From an uncultured Clostridia bacterium (GTDB lineage Bacteria > Bacillota > Clostridia > Oscillospirales > CAG-272): a stretch of 64,000 nt of DNA. Positions 57,662 to 64,000 of the stretch are shown piece by piece (the first letter of the stretch is position 1; every line of letters begins with the position of its first letter). The DNA lies in contig CALXXF010000004.1 of NCBI GenBank assembly GCA_944392615.1, positions 5,429 to 69,428 of the forward strand. Direction: 5' to 3'. Both the position numbers and the translations under genes were made by a program. The notes under the pieces are model-generated. The model ran no database searches and was not told where the DNA came from. It saw nothing but the letters and a program-made list of their open reading frames with translations.

Positions 57662-57961
57662 ATGCCGGAAGAAATTAACGAAGAGTTTTCTGATATATAC
57701 ACCCTTATCGACGAAGAGGGAAACGAGGTAGACTTTGAGCTGCTCGAAAAGGCCGAATTTGAAGGCAAGATCTACTATGCGATGGCGCCGGTTGAAGAAA
57801 ATGAGGGCGAAGACTCCGAGTATGTGATACTCAGGCTCGATTCCGAGGAGAGCGAGGACGATGTCAATCTTGTGACCATTGAAGATGACGACGAATTTGA
57901 CAGGGTTGCCGATTTCTTTGATGACCTGCTTTTCGGAGAAGTGGATTACGACGAAACCTGA
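57662..57961 (+). CDS. DUF1292-family acidic protein
   Basis: LIDEEGNEVDFELLEKAEFEGKIYYAMAPV...EYVILR is typical of DUF1292. The start is taken at MPEEINEE. Confidence 0.7.
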   Translation: MPEEINEEFSDIYTLIDEEGNEVDFELLEKAEFEGKIYYAMAPVEENEGEDSEYVILRLDSEESEDDVNLVTIEDDDEFDRVADFFDDLLFGEVDYDET

Positions 57962-57966
57962 CGTTT

Positions 57967-57999
57967 GCATCTCTGCTCGAATGGAAAAGATGCTTTTTT
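57967..57999 (+). terminator. Rho-independent terminator after the DUF1292 gene
   Basis: GCATCT (57967-57972)/AGATGC (57988-57993) followed by a T6 run. Confidence 0.55.
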
Positions 58000-58278
58000 G
58001 CAAAAATATAAATTCCTTCATTTTCCGCTTCTAAAAGGGCGGATCTCCCGATATAATAACAGTGCACGGCTCACTGTCCTGCTTTGTTCGTGATAGCTAA
58101 GTAAATAAACCTACAGAATTTTATTGGAGTCCGGAACTTTCTCTGCGGGATGCAGACCTCCCCGGCGCCTATTGCGTCCGGGACGTTGGGAGCGCAAAGC
58201 AGCGAAGAGGACACCGCCTTGCACATAGCAGGGTTATATTTCTTTGCTACACGGCACGGTGGGCGTGAAAGCAATAAA

Positions 58279-58305
58279 GCGCGGGTTTTTCCGCGCTTTT
58301 TGTTG
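58279..58305 (+). terminator. Orphan rho-independent terminator closing an ORF-free segment
   Basis: AAGCGCGG-GTTTTT-CCGCGCTT followed by TTTGTTG. Confidence 0.6.
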
Positions 58306-58352
58306 TTGCAGCTTTTGGGAACATTTTGTTGTGTTTTTTTTCAAAAAAAAAC

Positions 58353-58381
58353 TTGACAAAACAAAATGTTTTGTGTATAAT
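58353..58381 (+). promoter_or_regulatory. Consensus sigma-A promoter with an embedded 7-5-7 inverted repeat, driving the small peptide gene
   Basis: TTGACA (58353-58358), a 17-bp spacer, then TATAAT (58376-58381). ACAAAAC (58356-58362) and GTTTTGT (58368-58374) form an inverted repeat across the -35 box and spacer. A T8-C-A9 tract lies immediately upstream. Confidence 0.7.
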
Positions 58382-58549
58382 TAAGGAGTAATAGGCTAGG
58401 TGGTCGTTCAGGAGACCATCTGTAGCATATGAAAAATGAAAATTTTCTCCGGGAGATTTATGCGGGATCGATCGGGCAGGCAGAAAACCGGACCGCCTAT
58501 GCGGCTTCTGCTTGTGAAGAAAAATGATGAGGCGGAGAAAGAGGATTCG

Positions 58550-58681
58550 ATGAAAGTTACATATGTTGCTCCCGAAATCGAAATCACCGTTGTTGATGAC
58601 GAGGATGTCATAATGATATCCGGACTTGAAATCAAGGCCAGCGGAGAGCTTACTGAGGTTGGCTGGAGCTCTTTGTCATAA
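58550..58681 (+). CDS. 43-aa acidic peptide MKVTYVAPEIEITVVDDEDVIMISGLEIKASGELTEVGWSSLS, function unknown
   Basis: AGAAAGAGGA lies 6-7 nt before the ATG at 58550. The gene has its own promoter and a strong terminator 30 nt after the stop. The longer in-frame track ORF from 58436 has no RBS. Confidence 0.5.
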   Translation: MKVTYVAPEIEITVVDDEDVIMISGLEIKASGELTEVGWSSLS

Positions 58682-58710
58682 CCCCTTGCTTTTGTTTAAT
58701 TGTGCGGCTT

Positions 58711-58743
58711 AAAAGCGTACACGTCTGGCGTGTACGCTTTTTT
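58711..58743 (+). terminator. Rho-independent terminator of the peptide gene
   Basis: AAAAGCGTACACG-TCTGG-CGTGTACGCTTTT followed by TTG. Confidence 0.85.
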
Positions 58744-58914
58744 GTGTATATGAAAGTGTCGCTTCATGATTTTCCGAAGACGCAGGTATCAGCGCGGCGG
58801 CTTATTCACTGATACCTGAAGGATCACTTCCTGTTTGCGGAAAACTTTTAAAACGAGACCTTACTTTGGCAGGGATTGAAGATCATTTGAGATATATTAC
58901 TCTGTAATAAAGTT

Positions 58915-58947
58915 AAGGCGCGGCATCTTCAAATGGTGCCGCGCCTT
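58915..58947. terminator. Strong hairpin downstream of asnB (probable terminator)
   Basis: AAGGCGCGGCA/TGCCGCGCCTT forms an 11-bp stem, with T-rich sequence on both sides. Confidence 0.55.
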
Positions 58948-59183
58948 TGCAGGTTTGTTTTTGGCGTTTTCGCTATATTGGTGTTTTTTGCCTCTGATCT
59001 CCGGAATGCCATCAGGATTTTGTACTGAGCACATCATTTCAACAACTTACCGGAAATATTCACAGCTTCGGAAAGACATGTCATTGCGCAGCCGTAAAAC
59101 GCCGTTTGGCTTCATTTACTGCAAGGCCATGCAGCTTCCGGAAAAAACAATTCATACGTTTTTTTGCGGCTGTGAACGATTAT

Positions 59184-60764
59184 TTATTCGGCGCTTTTTC
59201 CGTAGTTCGAAAGTACGCGAGCGGACGGGTCATTTACCTTGCAGCCGTCCCAGTCCCTGTTAGGCATCCAGAATCCAGCTATCATTTCCGACTGCCCCTT
59301 ATAATATTTTTCAAATATCTCTCTGTAGAGGAGCGATTCTTTTGTGAAGGGGGCGGCGTGCGAATATACGCTGCGTTTTAACTCAAATTCTTCATCTGTG
59401 TAAAATTCATCGGCGTATTTTTGGAGATAATCCACCATTGAATGGCCCACCGCATCGCTGAAAGCCGCTTTCTCACGGTACAGGATGGAATAAGGCAGAA
59501 GTTTTCCTTCAAAGGCGTGTCGCAACAGATATTTTCCCTTGTTGTAGGTGTTTATTTTGAGTTTCGGGTCAACATGCATGACGTAGTCCACAAAGTCAAG
59601 GTCGCCGAAAGGAACGCGCGCTTCAAGTGAATTTACTGAAATGCATCTGTCCGCTCTCAAAACGTCGTACATGTGTAATTCTCTCACCCGTTTCTCCGAT
59701 TCTGACTGAAAGGCTTCGGCAGAAGGGGCAAAGTCGGTATATTTGTATCCGAACAGTTCGTCGGATATTTCACCTGTCAGTAGCACTCTTATATCCGTGG
59801 TTTCGTGTATTGCCTTGCAGACAAGATACATCCCTATGCTCGCTCTTATAGTGGTTATATCATACGTTGCGAGAAGGGCTATGACAGTTTCAAGGGAGTT
59901 TATTACGTCGCTTTCATCTATTATCACCTCGCGGTGGTCGCTGTGTATATGCTCTGCGACTATTCTCGCATATTTCAGGTCTATGGCGTCTTTACTCATG
60001 CCGATTGAAAAGGTTTTTATGGGCTTATCTGAAAATTCGGCAGCTATCGCGCATACAAGAGACGAGTCAAGACCGCCTGAAAGAAGAAATCCGACCGGAG
60101 CATCCGAGTCAAGACGCTTTTTTACGCCAAGCGTCAGCTTTTCCTTTATATTCCTGCATACGGTTTCAAGGTCGTCATGACTGTATGTTCCGACAGCGCT
60201 CATGTCGCGGTAGCACACAAATCTGCCGTCGCAGTAATAATGTCCGGGCGGGAAGGGAAGTATTTTTTCACAAAGCCCGACGAGATTTTTGGGCTCACTT
60301 GCAAATACCATACCTCCGCTTTCGGATAATCCGTAGTAAAGAGGGCGTATGCCTATCGGGTCTCTTGCAACGACAAAATCTTTTTTGCTTTTGTCGCTTA
60401 TTATGCATACAAATTCTGCATCAAGCTTCCTGAAAACGTCCACTCCGTATTTTTCGTAAAGAGGAAGAAGTATTTCACAGTCGGAATCGCCGGAAAATTT
60501 GTAACCGTCTTCCTCAAGCTCTTTTTTCAGTGCTCTGAAGCCGTATATTTCCCCGTTGCATACCGCGTAATTTCCGTTTTTGTAAAACGGCTGCATGCCG
60601 TTTTCGTCAAGACCCATTATAGAAAGACGCGCAAATCCCAGCATACCCTGCGGCGTTTCTTCTATGCGCATGGCGTCAGGACCTCTCGACCGTGTTTTTT
60701 CAAAATGTTGTATAAAGGTTTTTTCACTTATGTCTTTTCCTGTATAACCCATTATGGAGCACAT
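59184..60764 (-). CDS. asnB: Asparagine synthase (glutamine-hydrolysing)
   Basis: The N-terminal MCSIMGY gives the Ntn Cys2 of class II amidotransferases, and the synthetase motif is LLSGGLDSS. The longer track ORF running to 60872 is rejected. Confidence 0.9.
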   Translation of the reverse strand: MCSIMGYTGKDISEKTFIQHFEKTRSRGPDAMRIEETPQGMLGFARLSIMGLDENGMQPFYKNGNYAVCNGEIYGFRALKKELEEDGYKFSGDSDCEILLPLYEKYGVDVFRKLDAEFVCIISDKSKKDFVVARDPIGIRPLYYGLSESGGMVFASEPKNLVGLCEKILPFPPGHYYCDGRFVCYRDMSAVGTYSHDDLETVCRNIKEKLTLGVKKRLDSDAPVGFLLSGGLDSSLVCAIAAEFSDKPIKTFSIGMSKDAIDLKYARIVAEHIHSDHREVIIDESDVINSLETVIALLATYDITTIRASIGMYLVCKAIHETTDIRVLLTGEISDELFGYKYTDFAPSAEAFQSESEKRVRELHMYDVLRADRCISVNSLEARVPFGDLDFVDYVMHVDPKLKINTYNKGKYLLRHAFEGKLLPYSILYREKAAFSDAVGHSMVDYLQKYADEFYTDEEFELKRSVYSHAAPFTKESLLYREIFEKYYKGQSEMIAGFWMPNRDWDGCKVNDPSARVLSNYGKSAE

Positions 60765-61154
60765 GACATTCATCCTTTCATTATGGAGTCGCGGTTTCAT
60801 CACTCCCCTATCGCCGGCAGAAAAGAGCGGCAGTGCGGGTAAATAAAAACGCAGTAAACAAAAATGGTGCAAAAAAACACCTGTTATAAACAGAAGACCG
60901 CCCGTCCCGTTAAGGGGGAGCGAGGCGGGCGGTATCTATGTCAAATCGCCGCAGCAGGAATTGTCTCCGCCATCGGAGCTCTATTCCGTCGGGGCAACGA
61001 TTTGTCTTATGGCTTTTGCGTGTCGCTGAATATATAACGGACAGTCAGATCAGAATGCGAACATACTGTAGCGGTAATACTCGTTTTGTTCGGCTAACCG
61101 CTGAGCCCGTCAATCGGTATTCTCAGCGCCGTTTGTTTTGCGGCGCCGTCTGTT

Positions 61155-63251
61155 TTATCTCACGCCGAAAAGAAGTTCGCCATACGAGGGATATGGCCAG
61201 TACTCTGCTTTGCATATCTGCTCCGCCTCGTCAACCGCAGCACGAAGCTTTTGCATGTCGGGGATGATCACATCCTTGTATCTGAAGGAAAGAGTTTCAA
61301 GATCCGGAGCGTCCTTGACAGAAGAGAGGTCGTCAGAAAGGGCGCTGTCATATTCGTCTATGGCAGACGAGAGGGAAGAGAGTTTCCTTATGAGCTTCTC
61401 CTCATATGTGCAGTCGATACCGGATACGGCCGCTTTTTTTGCGGTGCAGGTCTCTGCCACATCCTTGGTATACGCCCCTATTGCGGGAAGTATATCCTTG
61501 CGGACCATATCTGTCATGGTCATTGCCTCTATGTTCAGTGTCTTGCAGTAGTTGTCAAGGAGTATTTCGTGTCTTGACGAAATTTCAGCAACGCTGTAAA
61601 CCTTGTGCTCGGTGAAAATCTTCAGGTTCTTTGCGTCAAGGAGATGTGCCATGGCGTCAGGCGTTGTCTTGAGGTTGAGAAGTCCGCGCTTGTTCTGCGC
61701 CTCCTCGATCCACGCGTCGTCGTATCCATTTCCGTTGAAGATTATCCGCTTGTGTGCCTTTATCGTGGATTTGATGAGTTCATTGAGCGCCGTCTCAAAA
61801 TCCTCTGCCTTTTCGAGAATGTCCGCATACTGGCGAAGCGATTCCGCAACGGCAACGTTAAGCATTATGTTCGTGCAGGCGATGGAGTTTGCAGATCCCA
61901 GCATCCTGAATTCAAATTTGTTTCCTGTGAAGGCAAACGGAGAGGTTCTGTTTCTGTCGGTCGTGTCTTTCGGAAGCTTGGGCAGGACATGCACGCCGAG
62001 CTTGAGCTGCGTCTTTTCGGTCTTGTCGTAATGAGTGCCTTTTTCTATTGCCTCAAGGACTGCCGTCAGCTCATCTCCGAGAAATATTGACACAACTGCC
62101 GGGGGCGCTTCGTTTGCACCGAGACGATGGTCGTTTCCGGCGGTGGCGACAGCGATCCTCAGAAGATCCTGGTAATCATCAACTGCCTGTATCACGGCGA
62201 CAAGGAAAAGAAGAAATTGAGCGTTCTCATAGGGCGTTTCACCCGGTGCAAGAAGATTTATCCCTGTGTTTGTGCCTATTGACCAGTTGTTGTGCTTGCC
62301 GCTTCCGTTTACGCCGGCAAATGGCTTCTCATGGAGCAGACAGACAAGAGAATGCTTCTTTGCTATTTTCTGCATTATCTCCATTGTCAGCTGATTGTGG
62401 TCGGTCGCCACGTTGGCTGTCGTGTATATTGGGGCAAGCTCGTGCTGCGCCGGGGCAACCTCGTTGTGTTCGGTTTTGGCAAGTATCCCAAGCTTCCACA
62501 ATTCCTCGTTCAGCTCAGCCATATAAGCGGCAACTCTCGGCTTTATTGTTGCAAAATAATGGTCTTCGAGCTCCTGACCTTTCGGAGGTCTTGCTCCGAA
62601 AAGTGTCCTTCCCGTGTATATGAGGTCCTTACGCTTGTCGTAGGCATCTTTATCAACAAGAAAGTATTCCTGTTCAGGTCCTACAGATGTACGCACGCAC
62701 GCCACATCTGTGTGTCCGAAAAGACGCAATATTCTCATTGCCTGCTTGTTGACAGCTTCCATTGAGCGGAGCAAGGGAGTCTTTTTGTCAAGAGCTTCAC
62801 CGCCGTAGGAGCAGAATGCTGTCGGTATGCAGAGCGTCTTTTCCTTTATGAAAGCATATGAGGTCGGATCCCAGGCCGTATAGCCTCTTGCTTCAAACGT
62901 AGCTCTCAGACCGCCTGATGGAAATGAAGAGGCGTCCGGCTCTCCGCGGACAAGTTCCTTGCCCGAAAATTCCATTATGACCTTCCCGTCTGCTGTCGGG
63001 GAAATAAAGCTGTCGTGCTTCTCGGCGGTTATACCGGTCATCGGCTGGAACCAATGTGTATAGTGAGTGGCGCCGTTCTTCACAGCCCAGTCCTTCATTG
63101 CGTTGGCAACGATATTTGCCACTCCTATATCAAGGGACTTGCCCTCGTTTATCGTTTTTTTGAGCGATGTATAGGTCTCCTTGGGAAGACATGCCATCAT
63201 GGCGCTGTCGTCAAAGACCATGCTTCCGAAATATTCTGGAATCGTTTTCAT
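61155..63251 (-). CDS. glnN: Glutamine synthetase type III (paralog 2)
   Basis: 698 aa, collinear with paralog 1 and sharing its motifs ([24 protein letters not shown]). AAAGGAG RBS. Confidence 0.9.
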   Translation of the reverse strand: MKTIPEYFGSMVFDDSAMMACLPKETYTSLKKTINEGKSLDIGVANIVANAMKDWAVKNGATHYTHWFQPMTGITAEKHDSFISPTADGKVIMEFSGKELVRGEPDASSFPSGGLRATFEARGYTAWDPTSYAFIKEKTLCIPTAFCSYGGEALDKKTPLLRSMEAVNKQAMRILRLFGHTDVACVRTSVGPEQEYFLVDKDAYDKRKDLIYTGRTLFGARPPKGQELEDHYFATIKPRVAAYMAELNEELWKLGILAKTEHNEVAPAQHELAPIYTTANVATDHNQLTMEIMQKIAKKHSLVCLLHEKPFAGVNGSGKHNNWSIGTNTGINLLAPGETPYENAQFLLFLVAVIQAVDDYQDLLRIAVATAGNDHRLGANEAPPAVVSIFLGDELTAVLEAIEKGTHYDKTEKTQLKLGVHVLPKLPKDTTDRNRTSPFAFTGNKFEFRMLGSANSIACTNIMLNVAVAESLRQYADILEKAEDFETALNELIKSTIKAHKRIIFNGNGYDDAWIEEAQNKRGLLNLKTTPDAMAHLLDAKNLKIFTEHKVYSVAEISSRHEILLDNYCKTLNIEAMTMTDMVRKDILPAIGAYTKDVAETCTAKKAAVSGIDCTYEEKLIRKLSSLSSAIDEYDSALSDDLSSVKDAPDLETLSFRYKDVIIPDMQKLRAAVDEAEQICKAEYWPYPSYGELLFGVR

Positions 63252-63314
63252 TGGTTTCTCCTTTCAGAACCTCTTTCAAAGACGACCGGCATTTTTCATG
63301 CTGCCGGCATTCAG

Positions 63315-63378
63315 AAAAACAAAAAAACGGCAAAGACTGCACAGGAGAGTTCTTTCTCCTGTACGGCGTCTTTGCCGT
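63315..63378 (-). terminator. Leader terminator/attenuator upstream of glnN paralog 2
   Basis: The mRNA-sense sequence is ACGGCAAAGAC GCCGU ACAGGAGA AAGAAC UCUCCUGU GCA GUCUUUGCCGU UUUUUUG. It has an 11-bp basal stem plus an 8-bp apical stem. An alternative 5-bp hairpin, ACGGC-AAAGAC-GCCGU, would sequester the 5' arm. Confidence 0.7.
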
Positions 63379-63388
63379 TCACGCGCTC

Positions 63389-63417
63389 ATTCTATACTAA
63401 CTTTTTTGACTTGTCAA
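63389..63417 (-). promoter_or_regulatory. Putative sigma-A promoter of glnN paralog 2
   Basis: On the minus strand, TTGACA (63412-63417), a 17-bp spacer, then TAGAAT (63389-63394). Confidence 0.6.
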
Positions 63418-63549
63418 GTGCTTTTTGCCAAAAAAACCGAATATTTTTTGATTTTTTGCAAAAAAGACAATATGTTTCGAGCAGCTGTGCAAGCTATTGT
63501 CTATTTCGCCGAAGGTTGCCACACAGTGTAAAAAACTGACCTCAACCTA

Positions 63550-63577
63550 TTGACATTTTACGTGACTTCTTTATAAT
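63550..63577 (+). promoter_or_regulatory. Consensus sigma-A promoter with no downstream ORF
   Basis: TTGACA (63550-63555), a 16-bp spacer, then TATAAT (63572-63577). Confidence 0.6.
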
Positions 63578-63583
63578 TATTAG

Positions 63584-63643
63584 ATGGAACAACGGGGTTC
63601 TGTTGCGGGGTACGTGTCCCTTGAGCTCACCGTTGTTTTTTTT
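63584..63643 (+). ncRNA. Candidate small RNA of about 60 nt, or an orphan leader ending in a terminator
   Basis: AACAACGG (63588-63595) pairs with CCGTTGTT (63630-63637), followed by a T8 run. The interior contains GGGGTACGTGTCCC. No plus-strand ORF follows. Confidence 0.4.
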
Positions 63644-64000
63644 GTTTGGTTTTTGCATATGACTCCTTTATTGCATGTAAAGCTGGCTTGGGTCATGCAT
63701 TCAGCCCTGCAAACTGCCGCTTTGCAGTGACATGTCAGAGTCGTAAGGAAAAGCCTTGTCGCTTTTGAACACGCTCCTGCAGGAGGCTTCATGCTTCATA
63801 TATGCCAAAGATATGTTGAAACATGTCGTAACAACGAGATTTTACGTGTTGTTAACAAATAATGCTGATGCAGGAGTTATAATATAATGTCAGGCATGAT
63901 CTTTCTTTTTCGGCTGGTCTTTCTACAGAGAGGTATGTTATAATTTAAAAGTCCGAAGACATCCGGTAGCTCGAACAAGTATAACAAAGACTGGTCCGCA

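Noticed and set aside
63542-63658. 38-codon minus-strand ORF (MQKPNKKNNGELKGHVPRN...) after AAAGGAG
   Set aside because: The SD-to-ATG spacing is only about 4 nt. It overlaps the plus-strand consensus promoter and hairpin, and it has a low-complexity lysine/asparagine start from the A-run. It is more likely a by-product of the terminator sequence.
63945-64000. RNase P RNA suggested by AAAGTCC
   Set aside because: The motif is not preceded by GAGG or by P1-P3 helices. It sits directly at a predicted TSS, and there is too little sequence to support the call.

Overview
This is a chromosomal segment from a spore-forming Firmicute, Clostridia-like by gene content: spoIIAA-spoIIAB-sigF, spoIIR, spoVT, type III glutamine synthetases, and iorAB-paaK. 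I saw no rRNA, tRNA, CRISPR array, transposase or phage genes. Most of the window is housekeeping: alaS, valS, der, plsY, rpmB, rpmF, rnj, tadA, ruvX, metF-metH, asnB, a DAHP synthase and a type II pantothenate kinase. It also carries an aromatic 2-oxoacid operon (iorA-iorB-paaK-ACT), an AraC-linked oxidoreductase plus two TIM-barrel genes, and several poorly characterised genes. The less ordinary content is mostly regulatory or non-coding, and all functional readings below are by-eye inference without database searches. (1) A single ORF fuses an XRE HTH, a cupin and a complete acyl-CoA synthetase. It lies divergent from metF-metH, and the intergenic region holds an operator-like 9-6-9 palindrome and five head-to-tail 21-bp G-rich repeats. 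(2) There are two T-box leaders: a Val (GUC) leader on valS, and a Tyr (UAC) leader on a sodium:solute symporter. (3) One of the two type III glutamine synthetase paralogs has a leader in which an intrinsic terminator competes with a tandem hexaloop hairpin pair, resembling an ANTAR target. (4) A stand-alone 43-aa acidic peptide gene has its own consensus promoter, an operator-like repeat, a roughly 160-nt leader and a strong terminator. (5) Several perfect TTGACA-17-TATAAT promoters drive long ORF-free leaders or short hairpin RNAs of unknown class, at 38413, 41058 and 63550. (6) An operon encodes a PfkB-like and an alpha/beta-hydrolase-like protein whose canonical catalytic motifs look degenerate.
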